A stretch of 64,000 nt of DNA from an uncultured Acidobacteriota bacterium (GCA_963779415.1 CAVZYA010000002.1:187291-251290); one strand, 5' to 3'; positions 39,126 through 54,127 are shown, counted from the first letter of the stretch. The notes: generated by a model not told the origin, from the letters alone. Program-made: numbers and translations.

Positions 39126-40421
39126 CTACGACTTGCCCGCCTCGGGCGCGGGGACGGCGTTGTCGACCTTCACCCGGTCGCCGATCCGGAGCGACCGGAG
39201 GGCCTTGAAGGGCCCCGTGACGACCTCGTCTCCCTCGGCGAGCCCCTCGACCACCTCGACCTTCAGCTCGGCCGTGATCCCGGTCTTGATCTTCCGGAAT
39301 TCGATGGTCCCGTCCTTCTTCACGACGAAGACCCCTTCGACCTCCTTCTTCTTCCGGTCGACGAGTGGGTCGGACTTCTCGTCCTTCGCGACCGGCGTCG
39401 GCGTCGGGGTCTTCCCCTTCTCGGGGCGCCGGAGCGTCGCCTCGTCCGCCATGATGAGCGCGGGAATCGGGATGGCGAGGGCACCGGGGCGCCGATCGGT
39501 CTCGATCAGCCCCGAGACGGAGAAGCCGGGGCGGATGTTCTTCGGCGGCTCGAGGACCTGGACCTTCACCTTGAAGTTCACGGCCGAGGAGTCGGTCCCG
39601 AGGGCCGACTTCGTGATGGGGCTCCCGCCGATCTCCGTCACCTTCCCGTCGTACTTCTTCTCGGGGTAGGCGTCGAAGGAGAGCTTCGCCTTTTGTCCGA
39701 GCTTGACGTGGGGAATGTCGGTCTCGTCCACTTCCATCTCGGCGTCGACCACCGACATGTCGGAGATGGTCAGAAGGACGGTCCCCGGATTGTTCATCGT
39801 CCCGATGATGGCGTTCTCCCCCTGCTCGACGGGGCGCGCTGTGACGACGCCGTCGATCGGGGCCACGAGCGTCGTCTTCTGGAGCGAGTCCTTGTTCGCG
39901 AGGAGGGTCTGCCGGGCCTGCTCGATCCGGCGATCGTCCGCCTTCTCGTTGGCGACCGCCGAGTCGAGCGTCAGCCGGGCCTTCTGGAGGTTCTGCTCGG
40001 ATTCGATCTTCGCCTCGAAGTTCTTCTCCTCGCGCTCCCAGTCGCGTTCGGCCTGCTCGCGCGTGAACCGGTCCGATTCGCGCTGGGCAAAAAGGGCGTC
40101 GAGGGCGGCCTGCTGTGCCTTCGCGTTGGCGTCGTACTGGGCCTTGTCGATCTGGATGAGAAGGTCGCCTTTCTTGACGATGTCCCCCTCCCGGACGGCC
40201 AGCGTGACGATCTGCCCCATGACCTGGGAGGAGATGTCCACCTTGACGCGGGCCTGGATCCGGCCGTTGCAGGAGACGGTCGAGACCAGTTCTTCCTTGG
40301 CGGCCTTCGCCGTCGTCACCTTCACGACGTTCTTGTCGCGGGCCTTGATGGACGCGACGACGACGACCCCGAGGATGGCGACGACGCCGATCCCGATCGC
40401 CCATTTCACCGTTCGGCTCAT
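39126..40421 (-). CDS. HlyD/MacA-family periplasmic adaptor (membrane fusion protein)
   Basis: N-terminal TM, biotinyl-lipoyl-like segment (GDIVKKGDLLIQID), coiled coil, and beta-barrel/MPD. Confidence 0.85.
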   Translation of the reverse strand: MSRTVKWAIGIGVVAILGVVVVASIKARDKNVVKVTTAKAAKEELVSTVSCNGRIQARVKVDISSQVMGQIVTLAVREGDIVKKGDLLIQIDKAQYDANAKAQQAALDALFAQRESDRFTREQAERDWEREEKNFEAKIESEQNLQKARLTLDSAVANEKADDRRIEQARQTLLANKDSLQKTTLVAPIDGVVTARPVEQGENAIIGTMNNPGTVLLTISDMSVVDAEMEVDETDIPHVKLGQKAKLSFDAYPEKKYDGKVTEIGGSPITKSALGTDSSAVNFKVKVQVLEPPKNIRPGFSVSGLIETDRRPGALAIPIPALIMADEATLRRPEKGKTPTPTPVAKDEKSDPLVDRKKKEVEGVFVVKKDGTIEFRKIKTGITAELKVEVVEGLAEGDEVVTGPFKALRSLRIGDRVKVDNAVPAPEAGKS

Positions 40422-40518
40422 GCTTCTTCACTCCGGGACGGCGAGACCTTTCCGGGCCCCGGCCTGTCTTTCTTACGGCTAAACGCTTTTCCGGGTTTCA
40501 CTTCGAAGGGGGTATCCA

Positions 40519-40606
<88 letters not shown>

Positions 40607-40695
40607 GACCTGTCATTACAGCACGCCGATCTGGGGGGTCCGGGGGGAAGGACAGGGGTGGGGCCCCATCGTTCACAGCCAAGCTCCCCAGCGAA

Positions 40696-40789
<94 letters not shown>

Positions 40790-40833
40790 GCGACGGGGGG
40801 CGGAAGTCTAGCAGGAGGCCGCCCGGTCCGGCG

Positions 40834-44742
<3,909 letters not shown>

Positions 44743-44746
<4 letters not shown>

Positions 44747-45693
44747 GCGTGTCGCGCGTCGCGGCCGTCATCGTCGCGTGGAACTCGGCCTCGCACGTGG
44801 CCGCCGCCATAAAGTCGGTTCCAGGAGGCGTTCCCGTCGTCGTCGTCGACAACGCGTCGGCAGACGGCTCGGCGGAGGCGGCCCGGCAGGCGGGGGCGCG
44901 CGTCGTCGAGTCGGGCGCGAACCTCGGCTTCGGCCCCGCCTGCAACCTCGGCGCGGAGCTCTCCGCCCCTTCGGAGACGATTCTCTTCCTGAATCCGGAC
45001 GCGGCGCTCCTCGACGGGGCCGGCGCTCTCGCGGAACTCCTCGCCGCTCTCGATTCCGATCCCGTCCTCGCGGCGGTCGCGCCGGCGCTCTCCGGCGACG
45101 GGCAGGAGACTTTTCACCTCCGGAAGCTCCCGACGCTCGGCTCGCTCGCGCGGGAGTTGCTTCTCGTCAACAAGCTCTTTCCGAAGAACCCCGGCTTTCT
45201 CGACGAGCGGTATCTCGGCCGGCCGCGCGATGTGCCGTTCGACGTCGAGCAGCCGGCGGGCGCGGCCCTCCTCGTCCGCCGCGACGTCTTCGATTCGCTT
45301 CGCGGTTTCGACCCGGCCTTCTCGCCGGCATGGTTCGAGGACGTCGACCTCTGCGCCCGGATCTGGAAATCGGGGCGCCGGATCCGGTACGTTCCCTCCG
45401 CCGGCGCGACGCACGTCGGCGGCACGACGATGAACGCGCTCGCCTATCGCGATTTCCTCCCGCTCTACGACCGGAACCTCCTCCGGTATCTCCGAAAGCA
45501 TTCGGGGATCGCGACCCGGCTCTCCGCCCGCGCGCTCCTCCTCGCCGGGACGCTTCTCCGGCTCGTCCTCCTCCCGTTCGTCCGGGGGGACCACGCAAGG
45601 CGCGATGCGGCCGCGGCGTACGTCCGCGTCCTCACGGGTCTCCTCGGCTTCGGGTGGAGATCGGCTCTTCTTCCGTCGCGGACGGGGGCGTGA
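44743..45693 (+). CDS. Family-2 glycosyltransferase
   Basis: VVVVDNASADGS ... NLGFGPACN. Its start overlaps the upstream stop (operon). Confidence 0.8.
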
Positions 45694-46715
45694 TGCCGAA
45701 GGTCGTCGTTTCCCTCGTGACGCACAACGAGTCGCGCGACGTGGAGCGGCTCCTCCCGTCCGTCTTCGCCCAGACGTTCCGCGATCTCCGGGTCGTCGCC
45801 GTCGACAACGCCTCCGAGGACGGGACACGCGCCGCGCTCGCCGCGTTCGAGAAGGTAACGCCCGTCCCGATGACGGTGATCCCCTCGCGCGAGAACCTCG
45901 GATACACGGGGGGACACAACCTCGGGATCTCGAAGGCGCTCGAGGCGGGTGCCGACTGGGTTCTCGTCCTGAACGCGGACGTCGTTCTCGACCCGGCGTT
46001 TCTCGAGCGGCTTCTTTCGGAGGCCGACTCCCCGGCCCGCCGCGATTTCGGCGCCTTCACCGGAAAGGTCCTCCGGGCCGAAGGGGCCGGGCTTTCCCCG
46101 ACCCGCGTTCTCGACTCGGTCGGGATCCGGATGACGCGAAGCGGCCGGCACTTCGACGTGGCCGCGGGCCTTCCCGACGACGGGCGCTACGACCGGCCAG
46201 CCGAGATCTTCGGCGTTTCCGGCTGCATCGCCCTCTTCCGGACGGCGGCGCTCGCCGACGCGAAGATCTCCACCGGCTTCTTCGACGACGACTTCTTCGT
46301 CTACCGCGAGGACGTGGATCTCGCGTGGCGCCTCCGGGGGCGCGGCTGGCGTGCTCTCTGCGTCCCCTCGGCTGTCGCCTGGCACCGCCGCCGGAACCTC
46401 CCCGAACGGCGGCTGGTCATGTCCCCGGTCGCGAACATGCACTCGGTCAAGAACCGCTTTCTCCTCCGCGTCAACAACGCCGGGGCCGGGCACCTTCGCT
46501 CCACGTTCCCCCGGACGTTTCTTCGCGATCTCGTCGTCGTCGGCGGCTGCCTGACCGTCGAGCGGACGTCTCTCCCCGCCCTGAGGTGGCTGGCGGAGAA
46601 CCGGGCCCGGCTCCTGTCCAAGAGGGAGGAGATCCAGAAGGGGCGCCGCGTTTCCGACCGGGACCTCCTCCGCTGGTTCGGAGAGGACCCGGATGGGGCG
46701 AGGATCTTGTCGTGA
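45693..46715 (+). CDS. Family-2 glycosyltransferase
   Basis: VSLVTHNESRDV ... VVAVDNASEDGT ... NLGYTGGHN. ATG overlaps the upstream TGA (TGATG). Confidence 0.8.
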   Translation: MPKVVVSLVTHNESRDVERLLPSVFAQTFRDLRVVAVDNASEDGTRAALAAFEKVTPVPMTVIPSRENLGYTGGHNLGISKALEAGADWVLVLNADVVLDPAFLERLLSEADSPARRDFGAFTGKVLRAEGAGLSPTRVLDSVGIRMTRSGRHFDVAAGLPDDGRYDRPAEIFGVSGCIALFRTAALADAKISTGFFDDDFFVYREDVDLAWRLRGRGWRALCVPSAVAWHRRRNLPERRLVMSPVANMHSVKNRFLLRVNNAGAGHLRSTFPRTFLRDLVVVGGCLTVERTSLPALRWLAENRARLLSKREEIQKGRRVSDRDLLRWFGEDPDGARILS

Positions 46716-47812
46716 AGCTGGCGATCATCGGGACGCGGGGAATCCCGGCGGCCTACGGCGGGTTCGAGACGCTGGCCGAGGAGCTTTCGACCCGCCTCGC
46801 GGAGCGGGGGCACGAGGTGACGGTTTACGCGCGCCCCGCATCCGTCGGGGCGAGAGTGCCGACGCACCGCGGTGTTCGCGTCGTCCATCTCCCGACGATC
46901 CGTCACAAGTACTTCGACACGGTCGTCCACGGCGTTCTCTCCGCCCTTCACGCGTCCGGAGGCGGTTACGACGCGGTCCTCGTCTGCAACGCGGTGAACG
47001 CGCTCGCCGCGCGCCTCCCGCGCCTCCTGGGGGCATCGACGCGTGTCGTCCTGAACGTGGATGGCCTCGAGCGGAACCGGCGGAAATGGAACGCCGCCGG
47101 CCGGCTCGTCTACGCCCTCTCGGAGCGCCTCTCGTGCGTCCTTCCCGACGCCACCGTCACGGACGCGCGCGTCATCGAGGAGTACTACCTCGCGCGGTAC
47201 GGCGCGGCGACGACCTTCATCCCGTACGGGGCCGATCTCCCCCGCCCCTCGGGGACCGCGACGCTCGAGCGGCTCGGCCTCGTTCCCGGGCGCTATCTCC
47301 TCTACGTCTCCCGGTTCGAGCCCGAGAACAACCCGGACGCCGTCGTCCGGGGTTTTTCGCGTTTCACCGGGGAGCTGAAGCTCGCGCTCGTCGGCTCCGC
47401 GCCCTACGCCGCGGGCTTCATCGAGTCGGTCCGCGCGGAGGCGGCCCGGGACGGACGCGTCGTCGTTCCGGGGCCCGTCTACGGAGAGGGATACCGCGAG
47501 CTTCTGGCGAACGCGGCAGCCTATCTCCACGCGACGGAGATCGGCGGGACGCATCCCGCCCTCCTCGAGGCGATGGGCTTCGGCCGCCCCCTCCTCGTCC
47601 ACGACACCCCGGAAAACCGCGAGGTCGCCGGCGACACGGCGATCTACTGGGACGCGCGCCGCCCGGAGACGCTCGCGGAAGGGCTCGCCACGCTTCTCTC
47701 CGACCCCGACGGGTTGCGCCGGCGGGGCGAGGCCGCACGGGCGAGGGCTTCGGCCCTCTACCGCTGGTCCGACGTTACCGACGCCTACGAACGACTCCTT
47801 TCGGGGTCATGA
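46712..47812 (+). CDS. Family-4-like (DUF1972/GT4) glycosyltransferase
   Basis: GTG start overlaps the upstream stop (GTGA). N-terminal 'KLAIIGTRGIPAAYGGFET' and a C-terminal GT-B EX7E-like region (GGTHPALLEAMGFGRPLLVHD). Confidence 0.75.
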   Translation: MKLAIIGTRGIPAAYGGFETLAEELSTRLAERGHEVTVYARPASVGARVPTHRGVRVVHLPTIRHKYFDTVVHGVLSALHASGGGYDAVLVCNAVNALAARLPRLLGASTRVVLNVDGLERNRRKWNAAGRLVYALSERLSCVLPDATVTDARVIEEYYLARYGAATTFIPYGADLPRPSGTATLERLGLVPGRYLLYVSRFEPENNPDAVVRGFSRFTGELKLALVGSAPYAAGFIESVRAEAARDGRVVVPGPVYGEGYRELLANAAAYLHATEIGGTHPALLEAMGFGRPLLVHDTPENREVAGDTAIYWDARRPETLAEGLATLLSDPDGLRRRGEAARARASALYRWSDVTDAYERLLSGS

Positions 47813-47880
47813 CGCCCCCTCCGGCGGGGCATCCCCTTTGCTAGGATGACCGACCGGGCCCCGGACGCCCCGAATCGCCG

Positions 47881-49324
47881 ATGCTGAAACAGCAGGCGCG
47901 CGCCATCGCCGCACTCTCGTATGCCACGGACCTCGGCGTCACCCTCGCCGCGATCCCGGTGGCGTGGTGGCTTCGAAGCGACGTCTTCCCGAAGCTCTTT
48001 CCGCGCCTCTATCCGACCGGCCTTCTGGACCTCTCCCTCTATCTCGTCCTCGCGGGACCGGTCGTCGTCCTCTGGTCTGCCCTTCTCTTTCTCTCCAGCG
48101 CCTACCGGAGCCGGCGGACGCTCGGCCTCAAGGACGAGGTCTCGATGGTCGCGCGAGTCTCGTTCCTGGGGACCCTCTCCCTGACGCTCGTCATCTACGC
48201 GGCGCGCTGGGCCTTCCTCTCGCGCTCGTTCCTCTTCGTCTTCTTCTTCGTCAACCTCTTCTTCCTCGTCACGGCGCGCGTCACGATCCGCCTTTTCGCA
48301 AGGCGGGTCCGGAAGCTCGGCTTCAATTTCCGGACGGTCGTCCTCGTGGGGGACACGCCGAGCGCCCGGACGATGGCGCGCCTCATCCACGAGCACCCGT
48401 GGTGGGGCTTCCGGCTCCTCGGCCTGATCCGCGAACGCCCTGCAGCCGGCGGCAAAGGGACGACGGCGAACGGCCTCCCCGTCCTCGGGACGCTCGCCGA
48501 GTTCGAGACGATCCTGAAGTCGGTCCAGGTGGACGAGGTCCTCCTCGCCGTCGACCGCGGGGACCTGCCGAAGCTCGAGGACATCTTCCTCCTCTGCGAA
48601 GAGATGGGGATCCGGACGCGGCTCGTCCTCGACTTCTTCCCGCACGTCCTCGCGCGGGTCGAGCTGGACGAGTTCCAGGGGAAACCGCTCCTGACCTTCT
48701 CGACGACCCCGGACGACCCGACGGCGCTCTTCCTGAAGCGCGCCGCCGACGTCTTTCTCTCCGTCGTCCTTCTCGCCGCGTCGGCCATTCCTCTGGCCGC
48801 CGCGGCGCTTCTCATCAAGCTCACGTCGCGCGGCCCCGTCCTCTTCCGCCAGACCCGCTGCGGCCTCAACGGGCGCCCCTTCACCCTTCTCAAGCTCCGG
48901 ACGATGGTCGAAGGAGCCGAGGAGCGGATCGACGAGGTCGCCCACCTGAACGAGCACGAAGGGCCGGTCTTCAAGGCGGCCAACGACCCGCGCCTCACCC
49001 CCGTCGGACGCCTCATCCGGCGCTTCTCCTTCGACGAGTTCCCGCAGCTCCTGAACGTCCTCCGAGGCGAGATGTCGCTCGTCGGGCCCGCGCCCCCCCC
49101 TCCCGCACGAGGTGGCGCGCTACGAGCGGTGGCAGCGCCGCCGGCTCTCCATGAAGCCGGGCGTCACCGGCCTCTGGCAGGTGTCGGGGCGCAGCGACAT
49201 CCGGAACTTCGAGGAGTGGATCAACCTCGACCTCTCCTACATCGACAACTGGAGCCTCTCCCTCGACGCCAAGATCCTCCTCCGCACGATTCCCACGGTC
49301 CTCTCCGGCCGCGGGGCGCGGTAG
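47881..49324 (+). CDS. WbaP/WcaJ-like polyprenyl-phosphate hexose-1-phosphate transferase (EPS priming enzyme); apparent +1 insertion in an 8-C run at 49093-49100
   Basis: 4-TM N-terminal domain and the sugar-transferase C-domain (PVLFRQTRCGLNGRPFTLLKLRTM ... EFPQLLNVLRGEMSLVGP). The conserved tail 'RPPLPHEVARYERWQRRRLSMKPGVTGLWQVSGRS' sits in the next frame, at 49112..49324. Confidence 0.7.
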
Positions 49325-49376
49325 GGCAAATTCTCCCGATCGCAACTTGTCAGCTGACGCGAGTTGCCCCGCCGTC

Positions 49377-49736
49377 ATGAACCCCGTCAACCTCAAGGAG
49401 AAGTTCGCGCTCTTCTCGACGCACTGGGACCCGAAGATCGTGGGGGAGCTGAACGGGCAGCAGGTCAAGCTGGTCAAGTTCCAGGGCCCGTTCGTCTGGC
49501 ATCGGCACGAGAACGAGGACGAGTTGTTTCTCGTGATCGAGGGTGAGTTCGTCATGGAGTTCCGGGATCGGACCGTCCCCGTCCGCGAAGGGGAGTTCCT
49601 GATCGTCCCCCGGGGCACGGAGCATCGGCCCATCGCCGAACGCGAAGTGCACGTTCTTCTCTTCGAGCCCACCTCCACCGTGAACACCGGAAACGCGGGG
49701 GGCCCGCGGACCGTGGCTCACCCCGAGAAGCTCTGA
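49377..49736 (+). CDS. Cupin-domain protein
   Basis: HRHENEDELFLVIEGEFVMEF ... EFLIVPRGTEHRP cupin motifs. Confidence 0.7.
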   Translation: MNPVNLKEKFALFSTHWDPKIVGELNGQQVKLVKFQGPFVWHRHENEDELFLVIEGEFVMEFRDRTVPVREGEFLIVPRGTEHRPIAEREVHVLLFEPTSTVNTGNAGGPRTVAHPEKL

Positions 49737-49833
49737 CGCCGTCCCCGACACCGACCCTCTTGCGCCGGCCACTGTTCGCGATATCGTCATGGGGCTACGG
49801 ACTGCATCGGGGGAAGACGGGGGGAACCGGAAC

Positions 49834-50250
49834 ATGTCCGAATCCGAGAATGCGGCTCTCGCGCGTCGTTTCATCGACGAAATCTGGAACCGCGGACGCT
49901 CGGAGGCGGTTCGCGAGCTGGTCCACCCGCAGGCGGTCGGGCACCTCGAGGGATTCGAGGTGCGCGGCCCCGAGGGGGTCCTTCCCGCCTGGGCCACGCT
50001 GCTCGGCGCGTTTCCCGACCTGAAGATCATCATCCAGGACCTCGTGGCGCAGGGAGACAACGTCGTCGTCCGGTGGACGGCATCCGGCACGCACAAGGGG
50101 CCGCACCTCGGCTTTCCTCCCACCATGAAGCTGGTCGGGTTCCGTGGCATCACCTGGCTCCGCTTTTCGGAGGGCCGGATCATCGAAAGCTGGGATTCGT
50201 GGAACCAGGGACGGCTCTTCAACGAACTTCAGGCCCCGCGAAAGGGGTGA
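49834..50250 (+). CDS. SnoaL-like/NTF2-fold ester-cyclase-like protein
   Basis: ARRFIDEIWNRG ... LVAQGDNVVVRWTASGTHKG pattern of SnoaL-like polyketide cyclase family. Confidence 0.65.
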   Translation: MSESENAALARRFIDEIWNRGRSEAVRELVHPQAVGHLEGFEVRGPEGVLPAWATLLGAFPDLKIIIQDLVAQGDNVVVRWTASGTHKGPHLGFPPTMKLVGFRGITWLRFSEGRIIESWDSWNQGRLFNELQAPRKG

Positions 50251-50936
50251 GCCCCCTCATCGCGCCCGCCTTTCGGGCATGGGCCGAGGCGTGGGGAGAT
50301 TCCGGATTCCGGATCCGTCTGGTCGCGACGATTGCGGGGCTCGTCGCCGTCCTTTCGGTCCTGACCCGCTTTCTCGATCGGGTGGAGGGACGGCCGGGGG
50401 TGGTCCTCCCCGACCCGGTTCTCGCGCTCGTTCCCGCACGTGACCTGACGTGGTTGATCTTCGGGCTGATCTACGCCGGCCTTCTCTACGGCGTGGCGAG
50501 GCTCTCCAGGGAGCCTCTCCTCCTCGTCGCGACCCTGCAGGCCTACGTCGTGATGGTGCTGCTCCGAATGGCCGCCATGTGGGTGACGCCGCTCGAGGCC
50601 CCGCCCGGAATGATCCCGCTAGAGGACCCGCTGGTGCGGCTCTTCGGACAGGGAAGGCTCCTGACGAAGGACCTCTTCTTCTCCGGCCACACGTCCACGC
50701 TCTTCCTGCTGTCGCTCGCGGTTCCGGGCCGGCGCTCGAAGGCCTTCTTCCTCTTCTGTACCGCGGCCGTGGCGGGATGCGTCCTCTGGCAGCACGTTCA
50801 CTACACGGTGGACGTCCTGGCGGCACCGCTCTTCGCGTACGCGAGCTACCGGCTCGTCGTCATCCTCCAGCCGGGCGCGTCTCCATTAGGACCCGCCGGA
50901 TCTGGCCGAGGTGCTTTCCCTCGTGCCCCGCGATGA
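50247..50936 (+). CDS. PAP2-superfamily membrane protein with sphingomyelin-synthase/AUR1-like motifs
   Basis: GTG start overlaps the upstream stop. Four or five TM helices. 'FFSGHTSTLFLLSL' (SGHT) and 'HVHYTVDVLAAPLFAYASY' (HYTxDV...Y) correspond to SMS motifs D3 and D4. Confidence 0.55.
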   Translation: MSPLIAPAFRAWAEAWGDSGFRIRLVATIAGLVAVLSVLTRFLDRVEGRPGVVLPDPVLALVPARDLTWLIFGLIYAGLLYGVARLSREPLLLVATLQAYVVMVLLRMAAMWVTPLEAPPGMIPLEDPLVRLFGQGRLLTKDLFFSGHTSTLFLLSLAVPGRRSKAFFLFCTAAVAGCVLWQHVHYTVDVLAAPLFAYASYRLVVILQPGASPLGPAGSGRGAFPRAPR

Positions 50937-51411
50937 ACCGGAACCAGTCGAGGCCGTGGAACCGGCCGAGGACGAAATGCGGAAGGAGAATCTTCCGGAA
51001 CTCCTCCTCGCCGACCCTGTCGGCGAACGCGAGGAGAGCCGCGCGTGACTCCTTCAGCTTCGCGAGGACCTCCCGTGGGTTCACCTCGGCGCGGGGGCGC
51101 GGTCGAACCGGCTTCGGGGCCCGAAAGCGGATCCGCGAGAAGACGAGACTCATCGGGAGCCGGTACCACCAGGCCTGGCGCGGGATCTTCAGCGGCTCGC
51201 CCCGTTTCTGTGCCTCGAGGCCGCGGACGAGCCCCCCCTCGGCCCTCCGAAGGTGGTCGAGCACCTCGGCCGCGGACCAGCCGCCATCCGCGGGAGGAGC
51301 GAGAAGCTCGTCGTCGCTTCTTCCCTCGACGGCACGGTAGATCTCTTCTCGGACGGCGTTCATACGGGTACGGGCTTCCGTAAGGTCGTTCCCGCTCATA
51401 ATCGCGATCAT
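50860..51411 (-). CDS. DinB/YfiT-like metal-dependent hydrolase-fold protein
   Basis: W..AEVLDHL ... FIAGHEGKHLGQI pattern of the DinB_2 family. Confidence 0.65.
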   Translation of the reverse strand: MIAIMSGNDLTEARTRMNAVREEIYRAVEGRSDDELLAPPADGGWSAAEVLDHLRRAEGGLVRGLEAQKRGEPLKIPRQAWWYRLPMSLVFSRIRFRAPKPVRPRPRAEVNPREVLAKLKESRAALLAFADRVGEEEFRKILLPHFVLGRFHGLDWFRFIAGHEGKHLGQIRRVLMETRPAGG

Positions 51412-51435
51412 CTCAAAGCCCGAGGAGGATTCCTG

Positions 51436-52711
51436 ATGAGACGCTTCTCCCCTCCCTTTCTTTCTCTTCTCCTCGCCGCATCCCTCCCCCTCGCCGCCCA
51501 GCCGCTCGTCGTGAAGTGCGGAAAGCTCCTCGATCCCAGCGACGAAGAGCGTGAAGACGAACGTCGCCGTCGCGATCGACGGGCGGGGGGTCGTCGCGGC
51601 CGCGCCGGCGGGGGCGAAGGTCGTCGACCTCTCGGCCTACACCTGCCTCCCCGGTCTCATCGACGCGCACGAGCACCTCCTCCTCCAGGGAGACGCGACC
51701 TCGGCGGAATACGACGAGCAGGTCCTGAAGGAATCGATGCCTTACCGCGCCCTCCGCGGGGCCGCCGCCGGACGGATCGCCCTCGAGCACGGCTTCACGA
51801 CGGTGCGGGACCTCGGGACGGAGGGGGCCGGATTCGCGGACGTCGACCTGAAGAAGGCCTTCGCTCTCGGAATCCTCCTCGGGCCGCGGGTCTTCACGGC
51901 CGGCCCGGCGATGGGTACGACGGGAAGCTACCCGCTTCTCGGCTTCTCGTGGGAGCGGAAGATGCCGGACGGAGTCCTGAAATGCGACGGCGCCGACGAC
52001 TGCCGGAAGGCCGTCCGGTACCAGGTCCAGTATGGCGTCGACTGGATCAAGCTCTACGCGGACCGGTCGTACTACCGGACGCCGGACGGCGGCTGGGCCT
52101 CGATCGCGAACTTCACCCCCGAGGAGATCCACGCCATCGTCGACGAGGCGCACCGGCTCCGGAAAAAAGTGGCCGCCCACTCGATGACGCCGACGGGCCA
52201 CCACTCCGCCCTCGCGGCGGGGGTCGACTCGATCGAGCATGGCGACGTTCTCGACGACGAAACCGTGAAGACCATGGCGGCCCGGCACGTTCCCTACTGT
52301 CCGACGATCACCGCGCTCGACTTCGTCCGGGGGCCGCGCTCGAAGACGAACCCCGTCTGGGACCAGCTCTGGGCGGCCTCGGAGAGTTCGTTCCGGCGGG
52401 CCTATGCGGCCGGTGTCCCGATCGCCTTCGGGACCGACGCGGGGGGGTTCGACTGGGACAAGCGGAACGAGGCAGAGGAGTTCTCGTTCATGGTCGCATG
52501 GGGGATGTCGCCTTGGGACGCGATCCGGTCGGCGACGACCGTCGCGGCAGAGCTGCTCGGGCCGTCGCCGGACGGGAAGCTCGGCTGCCTCGATCCGGGC
52601 TGCGCGGCCGACCTCGTCGCCGTCGCGGGCGACCCGCTCGCGAACGTGAAGGTCCTGGAGGACGTGAAGGCCGTCGTCGCCGCCGGGAAGGTCGTCAAGT
52701 CCCCGCGCTGA
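51436..52711 (+). CDS. Secreted amidohydrolase-family enzyme (imidazolonepropionase/prolidase-like metal-dependent hydrolase); apparent 1-nt frameshift at ~51545-51552
   Basis: Good RBS (GAGGAGGA) before ATG 51436. The signal peptide MRRFSPPFLSLLLAASLPLAAQP ... LVVKCGKLLD is in one frame; 'KTNVAVAIDGRGVV ... LPGLIDAHEHLL ... HSMT ... FGTDAG' is in the next. Confidence 0.7.
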
Positions 52712-52718
52712 GGCGACG

Positions 52719-54127
52719 TCAGAAGGCGGAGTCGTTCGGGACGCCCGGCACCGGCATCGGCTCGGCCGGCGGAATCGGGCGGGAGAGCCTCGGGACGGGG
52801 GGAGCGGCCTCGGACGGCGCGCTCTTCAGGATGACGTCGTCATAGAGGCCGAGCCCGCGGATCTGAACGCCCGCCCACCCCTCGCTGAAGGCGCCATCGT
52901 GAACGAAGAGCGTCTCGACGCCGTTCACGGAGACGGAGATCCGGTCGCCCACCCCCGCGAGGGTCAGCCTCACCGGCCAGACCTTCGGTGAGAGGCCCGT
53001 CCGGGCGACGAGGCGGAGGCCGATCGACGGTGCGTCGAGCTCCACGTCGCCGTTGGCCCGGAGAACGGCCCGGTAGCCGCTCGTCTCGCCGCCGTCCGTC
53101 ATCGCCGTCGTGCGCCCCAGGACACCGACGAAGCCCTGCGAATTCCCCCCGTCGTCCTCGAGCCTCACGAGGCTGCTGATCTCGAAGTCCGTCACCCGCG
53201 CGTCGCTGATCTTGGCGACGAAGCCGGGAACGGTGTTTCCGAGGCGTCCGTTCACGAGTGTTTCGCCGCCACCGGGGAAGGCCCATCGATAGAAAGCGGC
53301 GCTCCAGGTGCCGGAGAAATGATCCAGAAAGAGCGGCGGATGCGGCTCGGTCTCCTCGAGATTCTGCGAGAGGAGCCTCGCTCCCGGCTTCCACGCGAGG
53401 TTCGCCCGGAGGAGGCCGGAGTCTCCCGCCGGAACGCAGGTGGCGCAGTCGACGAGCTCGTAGAAAAAAAGGCCCGTCACGCGCGCCTCCGACCCGAAGA
53501 TCTCGAATGTCTGCAGGACGTCGTATCCGTTCCCCGAATCGCCCCCTCCGGCGCCCGGACGGAGCCGCTCCACGAGCCCGAGAGATCCGGGGCCGCGACC
53601 CGCGCCGACGGATCCACCTCGCGGATCACCGTTGCCGCCGGGACGAGAAGCGCGTCGACGTACGTGAGCCCGTCGCCGTGCCAGAAGTCCGGCTCGTCGG
53701 GCTCGTTCCAGATGCCGTAGACCGCGATCGCTCCGCGATAGCGGGCCGCGACGGCGCGGACGAAACGGGGAAAGAGCCCGTCCCGCGGAACGCAGGCACC
53801 CGCGCCGACCGGGTCGCCGTCACGGCAGGCCCACGCCGGCGTGCTCGTCAGGTTCGCGTAGATCCGGAGGCCCCTCGACACCGAGGCCTGGACCTGCCGG
53901 TCGACGTCGTCCCAGAAATACCGGCCGTCCGACGTCTCGACCGCGCTCCAGAAGAGGTCCATCCGGACCCAGTTGAGATGCATGAGCGGCACGGCGTCGA
54001 GCTCGGCTCCGATTGCCGAGTGGACGTTCACCCCCCGGGCGGGGATGTCGACGCGTCCCTGGGCGCCCGCGGGAAGCGCGGCCCCGAGCACGAAAGAGAG
54101 GAACAGCAATCGGGCGCGGTGCATCAA
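52719..54127 (-). CDS. Secreted clan-A glycoside-hydrolase-like (GH5/GH39-like) protein with a C-terminal lectin/jelly-roll-like domain; apparent frameshift at ~53560-53600
   Basis: Signal peptide MMHRARLLFLSFVLGAALPAGAQG and the acid/base-like 'IAVYGIWNEPDEPDFW'. It is split between ORFs 53477..54127 and 52719..53573, which overlap by ~100 nt. Confidence 0.5.
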
